Under the pieces are notes generated by a model, which was not told where the DNA came from, did no database searches, and was given only the letters and a program-made list of their open reading frames with translations. A stretch of 64,000 bases of DNA, from NCBI RefSeq assembly GCF_009914755.1, contig NC_060927.1, one strand, 5' to 3'. Of the stretch, positions 22,936 to 40,805 are shown piece by piece. Made by a program: the position numbers and the translations under genes. The DNA comes from the human T2T-CHM13v2.0 reference genome, Homo sapiens. Position 1 is the first letter of the stretch; each line of letters opens with the position of its first letter.

Positions 22936-23791
22936 TACTATATCCATATATTTCTCCCATATGACCCTTATGTCTTTGCAAAGACCTTATTGAGTTCAAA
23001 GTTCAAGGTGCCACAGAACATTCTAAAACAGGTTTCATCTGAGTTGAGGATCTTTTACACTCCATTTCATGGTGTTCAGGTTTTTCAAGACTCTACATTT
23101 ATGACTTTGAATACTTCTTCTCCCCTTATAACTCAATGATCAAAGTGGAAGTGAGGGTGATGATTGAGATAGAAGTATAAACCATTTAATTCAACTTGGA
23201 TTAAGTTTGAGTTGAGATGTATTCAATTCAAGCAGCCTTTTTCTGGTTTTCAAAGAAAACTTTGTTGTTGTTGCCCTTCTCACTTAAAGAGCTAAAAGGA
23301 CCCCACAGGCGGTACCACAGAAAAAATTAGGGTCTAGGTCAGAAAGAGGGTTTATCCAACCAGTGCAACATGGTATAGGTAGATTATAAAATCAGTCTTC
23401 ATTATCAGGAAGGTCTAAGGCTATTGCTGAAATAGTTCCAAGCACCAGTCCAAGGGTGAGACAAGGAAGGAGATAGAACAAGGACCCAGGCAGATAGCTG
23501 AGAAAATAAGGCATTCAATAGAAGCAGACATCTGGCACAATTTAAGAAATGTGGTTCAGAAATTTGCCTGTGAATGGTACATAGGTGCTGGAGCTTCCTT
23601 TCTCAGATTGCCTGGTGCACACAGCAGGGATTAATGTATCAACTTCATGTATGCCCTGGACTGGAAAACCTCCCAATTTTTATTTCCTTTTTCTTGCACC
23701 CATTTCCTCAAAATCTTACTCATTAAAATTGACAGTGTAGACTGGCAGGTCGAGAATGTGATGGCAAAGAGAAAGTTGCAAGTTCCCTTGA

Positions 23792-24205
<414 letters not shown>

Positions 24206-24651
24206 TGATCACATAAGAACACAATCCTCCTGCCACAGGTAAGCGCAATGTACCAGGAAACAGGTTGCGGGTAAACCATTGTTCTCCCTCTGCCATTATG
24301 ATAGAAATATCATGACAGGCAGCTCTGCCCCCAAATCTTGCAAAATCTCAATGTGCACCTCAAGTTTGTATTGTTTTAGCCTATGATGGAACTGACAGGT
24401 TGGGGAAAATGGAAAGCAAAGTTCCATCAGTCTGGATCGCCTTTTGTAGTGTCCCCAGTGAGATCATAGCTGGAGAGGCAAGGATGTAACTCACTCAAAA
24501 TTTAAGGCTTATGGCCAAAGTTGATGACTAATAATATAGAATTGTAGGTTTGGGCTTTTTGCTTTCTTAAAAAACTCTGTCAGGTTTGGAAAGGGACCTC
24601 CAATCTAATTTTGAGATACCACAGGTAATGTCCAATTGTCTTAAGGTGTGA

Positions 24652-24994
<343 letters not shown>

Positions 24995-25285
24995 TAAAAT
25001 TTTTCAAAATAAACTTGCTGTTACTTTTCTTCTTTAATTTAAAAATACCTCTATAGGCTACATGAGAGTTTTTGAAAAAGTAGCCATGTTTGGCATGGAA
25101 ATAGGCCCCAAATATGTCAACACCTGTATTTCCTTCCAGATTTCAGTCCTACAACTTTGGACTCCCAACAGATTAAGAATCACTGGTCTAAGGTTTCTAA
25201 AGTCAGGGTAGATCCCTTTCCCAAGTGACAGCCACAAATCCAACGCTGTATCATACCCTATCTAAAGAAAAGATAAAAGTAAACT

Positions 25286-25586
25286 GGCTTGGCACAGTGG
25301 CTCATGCCTGTAATCTCAGCACTTTGGGAGGCCAAGGCAGGCGGATCATGCGGTTAGGAGTTGGAGACCAGCCTAACCAACATGGTGAAACCCCGTCTCT
25401 ACTAAAAATACAAAAATTCGCCGGGTGTGGTGGTGCACGCCTGTAATCCCAGCTACTCAGGAAGACTGAAGCAGGAGAATTGCTTGAACCTGGGAGGCGG
25501 AGTTTGCAGTGAGCTGAGATTGTGCCACTGTGCTCCAGCCTGGGTGACAGAGCAAGACTCTGTCTCAGAAAAAAAAAACAAAAAAC
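25286..25586 (+). mobile_element. Alu bounding the ACP3 proximal promoter
   Basis: Full Alu; TSD AAAGATAAAAGTAAACT. Confidence 0.95.
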
Positions 25587-25604
25587 AAAGATAAAAGTAA
25601 ACTG

Positions 25605-25896
25605 AAAACAAGGATAGAAATGTCTGCTAACATGCTCTGTGACCTTGATCAACAGCTTTCCCCGCTCTTGGCCTTGGTGTCCTAACTTAAATGGGGAAAC
25701 TGTGATCTCTCTCAGCTCAAAATTTACATGACATTATTTACATACCAAACCTGCCCTACGCTTCCTGGAAACTTTACTACTTATGAGTGTGGCTCCTCCT
25801 TCCCTTTCAATCCCTTAATTAAATAGCTTCCCCTCTACAGGCTTTTGAAGTGGTAGCAGTTCCTCCTAACTCCTGCCAGAAACAGCTCTCCTCAAC
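25605..25896 (+). promoter_or_regulatory. ACP3: ACP3 proximal promoter and 5' UTR
   Basis: Unique CpG-poor sequence directly 5' of the ATG; TATA-like TTAAATA 25819-25825; steroid-response-like 15-mer TGGCCTTGGTGTCCT 25669-25683. Confidence 0.75.
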
Positions 25897-26016
25897 ATGA
25901 GAGCTGCACCCCTCCTCCTGGCCAGGGCAGCAAGCCTTAGCCTTGGCTTCTTGTTTCTGCTTTTTTTCTGGCTAGACCGAAGTGTACTAGCCAAGGAGTT
26001 GAAGTTTGTGACTTTG
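25897..26016 (+). CDS. ACP3: Prostatic acid phosphatase exon 1 (signal peptide plus KELKFVTL)
   Basis: MRAAPLLLARAASLSLGFLFLLFFWLDRSVLAKELKFVTL; donor TTG|GTAAGT; 120 nt, phase 0. Confidence 0.98.
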
Positions 26017-26181
26017 GTAAGTAGACTTTTCTCATTGCTTTTTCCTTAAAACTGTGTTCCCAGCAAAGTCTGATAAGGCAAGCGTCAGGTTTCATCTTAT
26101 CCTTGGATTGTTTCCCAGAGACCAGGCTCTGTTCAAACTCAGAAAGTGAATAATCAAGTTTTGCAAGTTCCTCTTAATGAA

Positions 26182-26196
26182 GACCTAACGTGTCCT
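26182..26196 (+). promoter_or_regulatory. Steroid/androgen response-like element in intron 1
   Basis: GACCTAACGTGTCCT contains a TGTCCT half-site; position agrees with my recollection of a reported intron-1 element. Confidence 0.45.
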
Positions 26197-26987
26197 AACA
26201 AAAATATTTTTTGGTCGCTGTTTTTTTAGGGGTTGCTTTTTATTTGCTTTTGCTGATGTTATTTATTTACTTACTTTACAACTGCCTTGAATTCAGATTC
26301 CTTTTGACAGCCACACCAGTCCAGAAGAAACCACAGCTGGCGCTGTTTATGTACCAAGAGCTGGCTTCATTCAATTTAATCATTATTTGTTTGCAAGCCA
26401 AAAAACAGTCATTTTCTGAATTAAGTAGTCCTTTCACCTTTGTTTATCAGGAAATTAGAACAACTATTTGTAAACAACCTTGAAGCATAAAAGTGAATCT
26501 AAATTTGGAATTTTAGGATGATTTTCTGATATATAGATTTAGTTGACGATTAAAATCATTGGCACATGTGACCAGTTATGAAAAAAGGTGGGGGGTGGCT
26601 GATGCATAATATCAAGAAAAGAAAATATACTGTTGACATTGTTTGAAAATAGATGGAAAGAGGGTTTGCAAAGTGAAGGGGATTCATCATGTTACCTAAG
26701 AGTCTGATTTTCTGTTTCTGTATCTTTTTTTCCTTCTGTTTCACTCTTTCTCTGCCTCTAAGCCTCTAAGCTGCTTCTTGCCTTTCCTCTCTCGTTTTCT
26801 TTCTCTTCCCTACATTTTTTATTTGAGATAGTGAAAGTGGGCTGATAAGTAGGTAAATTTTCTTTCTGTCAAGAATACTCAAAAATTATTTTTATAATTT
26901 GAAGGAAAGTCACTGTTTCCTTAAAAATTAAAGTTCAGGCTTTTTTTTTTTTCAGCATGGGATATTCAAAGCTCTTTACTTTCTACA

Positions 26988-26999
26988 GAAAATATGATA
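26988..26999 (+). promoter_or_regulatory. GAAAATATGATA prostate element
   Basis: Exact 12-mer, recalled as a prostate factor site shared with the probasin promoter; contains a GATA core. Confidence 0.6.
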
Positions 27000-27789
27000 C
27001 CCATGTGCTTATTTGAATCATTATTCTTATAGTCCAGTAAATCCTTACTAGGTCATGAGTCAACAATGACAGAAAACCCAGTGAAACAAACTATCAATTT
27101 ATTTACAAATGATTCACCAGCTGTCAGACTTCTGTGCAGAAAAAAATATATAATACTGTGTGCCTTCTTTAGGGAAACCCATGTGAGCTAGGCTTGTACT
27201 TCTATCAGTAGTTTTCTTGCTAACATGTGCATGAGGCAAGTTTAGGGACTGTAGAAATTGTACTGCATCTGCCGTGCTTGTAATACTGTAAACCTGTGAC
27301 AAGCTGGTTGAGTGGCAGTCCTCTGAGAAATCCAAGTTACTCCAAGCTCACTGTACATGATGTATTCCCTCCTCCATGTTTTACCCAAGTTAGCCCAGGC
27401 TAACTTCCTTTGACTACCAAATTGTTGTGGGTTTCCTATATTCAGGGACTGCAAGTTAATTCTTTCCTGAGGAAAGCCAAAATACAAAGCTAGCTCTCTT
27501 AGAACTAAAAAAATTAACAAATATTGCACAAAGCCAGTGTTAACTATTTTTTCCTACCATGATTTCCTTCCATTAATGGTAGATGAAGGGCCATTTAATA
27601 CATCTTTCTTGGCCCTTATAAAACAACGTCCATCTAAGTACTTAAGCCAGTAAACATCAGTTTCTTATTTTTATTGACTAAAGAGAATATTTGACTATAA
27701 GTGGTTAATTTATACAAATGAGATAACTCTTAGAAAATTATTAGGAGAACCAGAATTGTTTTAAAAGATGCCCATAACTAAAGTGGTAA

Positions 27790-28245
27790 TATTAATGATA
27801 ATAACCAATAGTCAATTGAGTGCTTACTGCAAGTACTTACTGCAATTGAGTGCTTACAAGGCACTGTTCTGAGTGTTCAATATGAATTGTATCACATAAG
27901 CCTGTCAACAATCCTCTAAAATAAGGTCGTTAAATAAAATATGGGATGACCATTTGAATTTGAACTTCAGATAAATAGCAAATAATTTTTTAGTCCCATG
28001 CAATATTTGGGCATCCTGTATGTTTATTTGCCAAATCTGGCAACCATTCTATAAAGTTTTGTAAAACTTATTATTCCTATTTTATAGATGAAGAAATTGA
28101 GGCACAAAAAGGTTAAGCATCTTGCCCATGGTCACACAGATGGAATGGTGGAGACAGAATTTGAACCCAGGCTCTCTGACCCCGGATGCCTTTCCCTTTA
28201 TCACTAGACATGGTCTTTTCCTGCTGTGTGTATATAACCCAGCAC
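27790..28245 (-). mobile_element. MIR interrupted by a MER53-like element
   Basis: TTATTCCTATTTTATAGATGAAGAAATTGAGGCACA...GGTTAAG...CTTGCCCATGGTCACACAG MIR core. Confidence 0.8.
27922..28048. mobile_element. MER53-like MITE, internally deleted
   Basis: TTTGAATTTGAACTTCAGATAAA...AATAATTTTTTAGTCCCATGCAATATTTGGG...AATCTGGCAACC. Confidence 0.7.
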
Positions 28246-29080
28246 ATGGAGCTAGTCTGAGATCCCCCTGTAAGGTTTGCTGGATTAGCTTGACTCTGAA
28301 TCAGCAGGTGGTTCCCTTGCTTTTCCTCTGTGATCCGAGAAAAATAAATCCTCCCCAATTCTGAAAAGCTGTTCTCAGCAGAAAGAGGAGGAAACTGTCC
28401 TTGGTTCTTGTTCTCGGACTAACTGAAGTGCCTGTGACCCATGAAATGCTAGTTTGACAAGTTGTTAACAGGTGTACATGGGGAAAAAATCAGTTTCAAT
28501 AGTCAAGTTAGCTTTGGGAATAGAACTGGGTTAAACTGTGTTTAAAAGTTCTCTTTAATGCAGTAATCCTAAGTCTTTAACATGCTAATACACACTGTGG
28601 CTTTCAAGGAAAGGATCTAGTGTTTTCCAAACTCTGTTTTCAAAATTTTGATTACAGCATTCACCTCCCTCTTTTTTTCCCCAATGTCCTGTAGAAAACA
28701 CTGAGAGAACTGACATTTTTAACTTTATATGGAAAGAATCGTAAATATGGTGAATCTGGATGTCCTCATCAACCAGCTTCAAAGACTATCACCCATGCAA
28801 TCTTGTTTCATCTGCATAGCCACTCATTTCCCACACACACCCACTTGAGTTTTTTAAGTTATTTCATGCACCATATCATCCAGAAATAGAAAAATGTCAT
28901 TTTAAAGCATCCTGTCTCCCCTAACCCAGAGAAAACCCACAAGTTCAGCTGATCCAAGACAGAAAAATTCCATCTCATTTCACCGGTGTTAAGAAAGGAA
29001 TGATGACTTACAAGGTATACACTCTTCTCATTCTTCATGGTTGACTTTCTTCATGCAGAATTCTTAATCAAGTAATATAA

Positions 29081-29771
<691 letters not shown>

Positions 29772-30309
29772 GATGGACCAGATAAAATTCCACTGAAAAG
29801 CAAAAATCAGGTCTCCTGCCTCAGTTCACAAACAACCTTACATACAATCTCTCTCCCTTGCTGTATGGCTCCTAATCACTGTATCCAAGGAACAGCCAAG
29901 CTGTCTGGAGACCACAGGTTTTTCAAAGACATTTGCCGGAAACAGCACCGTGCGCTGAGAGTTGGTACTGAGCCAGGCTCAGTTCAGTTTGCTTACATGA
30001 GCTTCTCCCCAGATTTATGCCAATGCATTTCACAAATTTTCAGGGTGCATTTGGCCAAGACATTTCAGCCAACCAGGTTATTCCTGTGGGTGCTTCTCAG
30101 TATCCTAAATGCAAAGGAATAATTAATTATTCCTCTCAGCCAAGGAAATAAAAGTAGGGAGAGATGATTAGAAATTAACAGAGGTATGTCTCGAAGGAGA
30201 GTGCTGTTTCCCATTGCTCAATAGGTAGTGCTCATTTGCCCTATATGCTGCAAATTATTGTCAGCAGGAAAGGAAGTATATATGTTAGCTAAGCTAAATG
30301 TCTGAATAA

Positions 30310-30610
30310 TATAACAACAAAAATAATTATAACAAATATAATAATAAATCCCACATATCAAATGCATCCGGTGTGCTCGGTATTATACTGATGGCTTTAC
30401 ATATATTACACATTTAATTTTCATGATGCTCCTGGATGAGAAATAATGCTTTTGTGTTTTACACGAAAGGAAATTGAGGAAAGGAAAGGGAAATTGAGGC
30501 ATGCAGAATGTTAAGTTAAATCATTTTCCCAAGGTCACCCAGCAGGACCTTGACAAAGCAGGAGTTTGAACCCAGGTCTAACCAACTGAAAACCCAGACC
30601 TTTTCTGATA
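30310..30610 (-). mobile_element. MIR
   Basis: GGAAATTGAGGCA...GTTAAAT...TTCCCAAGGTCACCCAGC...TTTGAACCCAGGTC. Confidence 0.7.
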
Positions 30611-31160
30611 TATCACACATCTTCTACACAACATAATACACAGTTTTTACAGCTTCCCTTATTTGCAGGCCTCTGTGTTCGTCCCAGTCTCTGGATCAAA
30701 GTCTTATTAGACTTGTCCTGATTGCTTCACGGGGAGTACAGAACATATTCTCATGCTGATTCCTTTCAAGGTCAGCCAGCTTTCCTTCTAACCTCTGAAA
30801 TGACACTCATTTACATTACTCAATTATTTCTGCCCAAACTATTTTATTTTTAATTTTCTTTACCAATGGATTTATTTCTTAGGTCCTAAAAGAAGAAAAT
30901 AAAATAGACTTCTACTCATAGTTATCTTTGTGCATCACGAGATTTTCACAACTTAGAGTATACCCTAATAAAATAATAAGAAGAATTTAATGTCAGGAGA
31001 TAAGGTTCCTTTTAGGACTTCCAGAATCACCCCAAAGTTTTATGATGTGTCTCCAATTCCAAACCTGAAAGGAGAACATGATGGTTTATGAGACTTCAAT
31101 CCAGTCTGGAAGCAGACTCACTGTTCTAGAAGCAAAGGCACAAATGAATAGGATAGAGAC

Positions 31161-31577
31161 TGCTACAATTTGAATGTTTGTCCCCTCCAAAACTCATGTT
31201 GAAACTTAATCCCAATGTAACAGCCTTAAGAGGTGGGGCCTTTAAGAGGTGATTGGGCCATGGGGGCTCTACTCTCCTGATGGATTAATGGATTAACAGA
31301 TTAATGGATTAATAGGTTATCACAGAAGTGGGTGAGTTATCATGTCAGTGAGTCTATCATAAAAACCATTTTGGCTCTCAGTGTGCCCCTTCTTGTCCTG
31401 TCATGCCTTCTGCCATGTTATGACACAGCACAAGGCCCTCACCAGAAGCTGACTAGATGCAGCTGCCTGATCTTGGACTTCCTAACCTCTAGAATTGTGA
31501 GCAAAATAAACCTCTTTCCTTTATAAATTTCCCAGTCTCAGGTATTCTGTTAAAGCAACAGAAAATGGGCTAAGACA
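31161..31577 (+). mobile_element. MST MaLR solo LTR (MSTD-like)
   Basis: TGCTACAATTTGAATGTTTGTCCCCTCCAAAACTCATG...GCAACAGAAAATGGGCTAAGACA. Confidence 0.85.
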
Positions 31578-31734
31578 GAGGGGAAAGACAAGAAGATGAA
31601 AGAAAGGAAAAAAAAAAAGCACACATAGCACACCTTGCTGATAAATAAGGATGATGAACAAAAACCCTCATGAAATGAGAATATTGGAAAGAAATCCATA
31701 ATGTACCTGGAAGTACTAGACCCAATCCGAGATT

Positions 31735-32280
31735 CACCTGTTCATCAGAACAGGCCTTTTTTGCATATTACTATGTTCCAGGCACTGTTTTGGGGTTATA
31801 GCAGTGCTTGTGACAGCAAGGCTTCTGCTTTCAAGGAGTTTCTAGGGACAGGGAGGGAGCCAGATTTTTTTTAATTTTAGTAAAAACAAAAAATAAGAAA
31901 ACATCAGGAATATTTATTTGAAATAAAACAGTGAGATAAGATAGAGATTGAGCAAGAATTATAATGATGGTCAAGGGATGTCTCTCTGTAAAGGTCAAAT
32001 TTTCAGGACAGACCTCAAATTGATGAGTGGTGTGTATGCTGAGAGAAGACGCAGACTTGAGACATTCAAAGCAGACAGGACATCAAGAGCAAAGGCCCTG
32101 AGGCTTCAGCAAATTTAGTATATTGGATGTAACAGCAGGAGGGCCCATGTGGGTAAGCTGAGGACATCAAGGTGAGAATATCAAGGTGGGTAGGGACCAG
32201 ATCAGGTAAGATCTTGTGAGCCCTTGTAAGGACTTTTAATTTATGCAAAGAGCAATAGAACATGATATAATATCTAAGAG
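31735..32280 (-). mobile_element. L2 fragment
   Basis: CTATGTTCCAGGCACTG...GCAAAGGCCCTGAGGC...GTAAGGACTTT. Confidence 0.6.
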
Positions 32281-32308
32281 TGATGAGGATATAAAAGAAA
32301 CAAGACTA

Positions 32309-32675
<367 letters not shown>

Positions 32676-33018
32676 CTCCACTTTTGTATATCTTTACATT
32701 TTCCACTGGATATAGCCTCGACTGTACTCACCAGGTTCTCCACACCCTAAGCCACATGCCAGATTTGTTTAGCAGATTCAGTGGAGCAGGTTCATTCATG
32801 GGGGCACCAAACCAAAAGTCCTTTTAAAAACAGTTACCTGTGATTTAAAAGTGTGAAGTGATTGTAGTATGATGGGGAAACAGTGGGCCAACTATCATGA
32901 GAATTAGGAGATCTGGACAGCTACATGATCTCTTTGATCATATAGTTTTCTTACTTGCTCAGTGCAGCAGTAGTGCCAACCTGTCCTCAGACGGGGATGT
33001 AATAATTAAAAGAGGTAG

Positions 33019-33378
<360 letters not shown>

Positions 33379-34030
33379 AGGAATTGTTATTATCTTGGAT
33401 GTCTTTCTATTACAATTACCACTACTACTGCAAAAATCCTAATTGCTAATAAAGTATTTTTAGGTTTTTAAAGGATTTCATAGAGTATGATTGCTGGACT
33501 GAGCACAGAGGTAATAATTGGTAGAGCAGCAGTTAAGAAGATTGCTCTACCACAGAATTAAAAGAATGTCTTCGCATAGTCCAAGAACTCCAGCTGAATT
33601 TTGAAACTCCAAAAGCTCAAGGAACACCAGCTTCACATTTGCCTGCGGGAGGGGTGTGTGCACACATTTTGATTTCCAGCCCTGGAAGTGGAGAATGGTT
33701 TATTAAGTGTTTCTCCAGGACATCCCTTCCAAAGGGTTGACAGCATGTTTGAGCAACTACCTTGGAAACACTTAAAACCTACTGAAATGTAGGGGAGTAC
33801 AATTATTTCTGAACTATGGGCCAGAGTGAGAAAGTTTGCCCAAGTCTCATGATTATGTTCCAGTTCTCTGCTCTTCAAAACACTCTGCTAAGGTGACCAC
33901 ACTTGTTTTTCTCTCTCAGGCCATTCTGTCATTTAGTTGCATAACCTCAGTTCTATTCTTTCAATAATATACATAGTTCACAGTGCCTTCGGGGTAGTTT
34001 CCGTATCAAGGTTTTGGTTTCTTCTGATAC

Positions 34031-34033
<3 letters not shown>

Positions 34034-34079
<46 letters not shown>
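34034..34079. repeat. (CA)n microsatellite
   Basis: About 23 AC units. Confidence 0.98.
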
Positions 34080-34081
<2 letters not shown>

Positions 34082-34204
34082 CTTCCAATCCTAGAGGAAA
34101 AGAGTATACTAAGTAGAGTTAATAAAGAAGCGTTAGATCCCAGACCATTCAGATTTAGCTGGTGGGACTGTGAGGAGTGTGATCATACAGAAATGAACCT
34201 CTCA

Positions 34205-34440
34205 CAGGTGGTTAAGTATGCTGGAGTTGGAGGCACAGCCTGTGTTTGAATATCAGCTCTACCACTTCTTACATGCTGTGTGAGTTTAGACAGGTCACTT
34301 AATTAAGCTAAACTTCCTCATTTGTGAAATGGAAATAATAATAGTAACTGCTTTGTGGAACTGATGAGAAGATTACATCTATGAGAAGCACTTAGCACAG
34401 TTTCCAGGACAAAGTGAGTGTTCAAAAAATGTTAAGGAGT
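34205..34440 (+). mobile_element. MIR
   Basis: GTGGTTAAG...CAGCTCTACCACTT...TTCCTCATTTGTGAAATGGAAATAATAATAGTA. Confidence 0.75.
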
Positions 34441-34523
34441 TACCGTTGTGGTTATAGGTTGGTGGGAAGCAATGTAAATTATTTTATTACAATGTCTCTC
34501 ACCTGACTTCTCTTTGGCTAACT

Positions 34524-34726
34524 CAGTGGCTCTCAACTTGGGGTGATTTTCTGCCCCTATGGCAGAAAATGTGCCTTTTTCAGTTGTCACAGCTGGGGAA
34601 TGTTACTGGCGTCCGGTGGGTAAAGGCTAGGGATGCTGCTAGACATTCTACAATGCACAGGACAACCCCCACAACAAAGAATTATCTAGCCCAAAATGTC
34701 AACAATGCTGAGGTTGAGAAGCCCTA
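34524..34726. mobile_element. MER20 DNA transposon
   Basis: CAGTGGCTCTCAAC...GGATGCTGCTAGACATTCTACAATGCACAGGACA...GCTGAGGTTGAGAAGCCCT. Confidence 0.85.
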
Positions 34727-35694
34727 GAAACTAAAACAGTGTGGGGTTTGTAATTTATTGAAACCATGTAACAACTTTAGTTATTCAAAGACACATTTAC
34801 CTGGGATATAAAAACTCTAAAATGTACTTCAATTGTGGAAAGAGGCATCAATGATTAACCATAATCATTTCTGATCATGACCAAGTCACCCCTGAGACTA
34901 GTAACTGCAGGTGCTCACAAAAAAATATGCAGCTGTCCTTCCTGCCTTCAGGGGATCATTCATGAAAGTAATTTCTCACCTGACCAAAATGATCGCTTAA
35001 CATTTATTGCATCATTGCCCCTGTTTCTGTAGACTATTCTACCGAAGTTTTAATTTGTCACTAGTTTAAAGGGCCAAAAGATCTGTTTTCTTCAGATATT
35101 AGAGACACAAACCAAGCATCTCCCACTTTCTTGGAATTCCTTCTCAAAAATGACTAAAGTCTGAGACTGTTTTCTTATTTAATGTCTATTGAATTCTGTT
35201 TTACAGAATTTCAAAAGAGCAGGTTCTTAGCTTACTTTTCAATGGAACATTTTAGCCAGGTAGTATAAGTACAGGTGCGGGTAACCTCAGATAAATCAAG
35301 GTGTTATGCAGCTGTCTCTATATTAAAAATATTTGCTGACATCAGTGTAGACTTCATCTTGTAGTTCTTCAGTGTTTTCTTTCCTTATCTTTTGCTCATA
35401 AGATGGCTTTGTGTTTGGTTTGATATTATACTGAGAAAGCATATTAGAATCAAAGCACCAAGATTTCAAAAGTCCAGACTACTCTTCCCAAAGAGAAATG
35501 TGCAATCACAATAGCATGACATGGGTACAAATATAGAAGTATGTTATTAAAGTATTGAGAATTAGCTTTCCTAACCTCCCCACCTGCAATCTTTTACTCC
35601 TAATCTCCAAAAAATGAACAAATCATTGGCTCAAAATGGTCACAAATTGTATGTGGTGTTAAAAATCTATTATTTTTATTGTATATAAAATGTT

Positions 35695-36267
<573 letters not shown>

Positions 36268-36474
36268 GTTATACCACTATTACTGTAATCATTAAGGGAA
36301 GAATACTTCTCATCAGAGTTTGTCTGCAGTAAAGTACTCTTGTCAGCTTTGTGTTCCTTTCTGTCCTATCTTATGTACAAACCGATCTCCATTATGTGTC
36401 ACCTGCCTTCTAATGGCTGATCATCTTGATTCTTACATTACCTGAAACACAGTGAAAGTGTTAGTGAACTTAGA

Positions 36475-36645
36475 ATAGTGGTTCTTAACTAGAGATTTAC
36501 CCAGGGAGATTTTTTAAATCCTGATGTCCTGGCCACATCCCAGACTAATTAAATAAAAATCACTAAGGTTGAAAGCCAGTCCTCAGAATCTTTTAAAACT
36601 CCTTACGTGATTACAATGGGAAGCCAAAGTTAAAACCAATGAGTT
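36475..36645. mobile_element. MER5-like MITE
   Basis: TAGTGGTTCTTAAC...GCCAAAGTTAAAACCAATG. Confidence 0.6.
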
Positions 36646-36728
36646 AGAAAAAAAAAAACTATTATAATGAGCAGAAGCAAAACACCCAAGTGACGTTTGT
36701 AACATCACTCTCTCACATCTACTTTCAG

Positions 36729-37160
<432 letters not shown>

Positions 37161-37711
37161 AAAGATTCTTGATGAGTCTCAAGGGGAAATGTATATAGAA
37201 TTGTCTGTTTTGATATTTTTTGCCCTTCTGGCTTTATTTAAATGTAAGAGATGTACATGAACAAAGACTATATGAGCTTAGAAATGCTGAAGAGAGCCAA
37301 GTGGTAATCATAAGCCAGGATTTGAATTTCTTAGGCTTCACATGAGAAAGTGAAAAATAGTCTTGTAATCAATAAGCTGAATCAACAGCATTGGGAAACA
37401 TGATTCCCCAAAGTGCTGATATCAGAATATGATTTCTTGTCAGCTGGATATATTGGGATTTGACCTTCCTTATAAGTGGTCAGTTAAACACAGGGAGCCC
37501 TACTTTCTGAAGAGCATCTAAGGAGAAGGTGAACTGGGGAGCAAAGCCATCTTTAGTCACTGTTCCAAAGCCCTATTCCCTTTGCTTGTAAGATTGGATG
37601 ACTCTTCTGTTTGGAGCCACAAGGCCAGGTGAATTGCTTCTGTCCTGATCTGTTTAAATATATTAATTAAGAAAATGTCACAGAATCTTTAGAGTAGAAT
37701 GTCTCAAAAAC

Positions 37712-39625
<1,914 letters not shown>

Positions 39626-40107
39626 ATTTTTTTATGAACCAGGAATTAATAAACTGGGCAGATAGTAAAGCATTGCCCACAGAGGTTGAAAGAGACTTTC
39701 AGATTCATCGAGTCTAATCTCATCAGATGGTTGAGCTTCTTCCACAAAATCCCCACCAAGTGGGTCTCTTTGAATGCTCTACCAACAAGGATCCCACTAC
39801 ATCAGAGATGAACCATTTACTTAAATCAGATCAATCACCCAACTATCAACTAAGCACTTACTATGTGCAAGTCTCTATGTTAAGTGCTAATGAAGATAAA
39901 TGAGTTTTCTCAGGGAGTCAGGGAACTGTAACTAAAGAGTACAGCTCTTTTGTTTTCACTTAAATATGTGTCATTATTGTGGAACTATTAAACCACACCA
40001 TTGTTCATTCTACACACATAATGAAAAAAAAAATCAACAAATTTTTATGATAGTGTGATTCATAGAACTTACTTTCATTAATTTTTGCTTTTATTTTTTT
40101 CCCATAG

Positions 40108-40194
40108 CTGGGCATGGAGCAGCATTATGAACTTGGAGAGTATATAAGAAAGAGATATAGAAAATTCTTGAATGAGTCCTATAAACATGAACAG
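40108..40194 (+). CDS. ACP3: ACP3 exon 3
   Basis: CCATAG|LGMEQHYELGEYIRKRYRKFLNESYKHEQ|GCAAGT (GC donor); 87 nt; NES sequon. Confidence 0.97.
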
Positions 40195-40652
40195 GCAAGT
40201 TGGGGAGCCAAGAGTGGGAACTTTGATCTTTGAAATAATTAAAATAATTCTGCATATATAAAAGTGCTTTGCCTGTTTTCCAAGGAACTTATACAAGTCA
40301 GAGGTCTTGTTTACAAATATATTCCTCTTTATGCAAATTTTTGTTCCAAAAAGTTTGTGAATATGAGTAATTTCAAGATTTTATGAACACCTGAATAAAT
40401 ACTTTGGCTTGACAAGTAGCCACTGCTTAATTGATCTCATTTGTCAATTCAACTATTGGCCAACCAGGTTGCTTTGTACCATGATCATAATATTGCTCAT
40501 TCCTTAACAAGTATTATGATTCTGATGTTAGCACAATGTCTGTAATATTTCACTGTGGGTGTCCTTTCCTTTCTCTAATACCTTGGCAGCTCTGTAGAAA
40601 AAAACCTCATGCTCCCTTTACGTTCGCTTCTGCTTTGATTTTCCTACTCTAG

Positions 40653-40805
40653 GTTTATATTCGAAGCACAGACGTTGACCGGACTTTGATGAGTGCTATG
40701 ACAAACCTGGCAGCCCTGTTTCCCCCAGAAGGTGTCAGCATCTGGAATCCTATCCTACTCTGGCAGCCCATCCCGGTGCACACAGTTCCTCTTTCTGAAG
40801 ATCAG
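40653..40805 (+). CDS. ACP3: ACP3 exon 4
   Basis: CTCTAG|[51 protein letters not shown]|GTCAGT; 153 nt. Confidence 0.98.
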
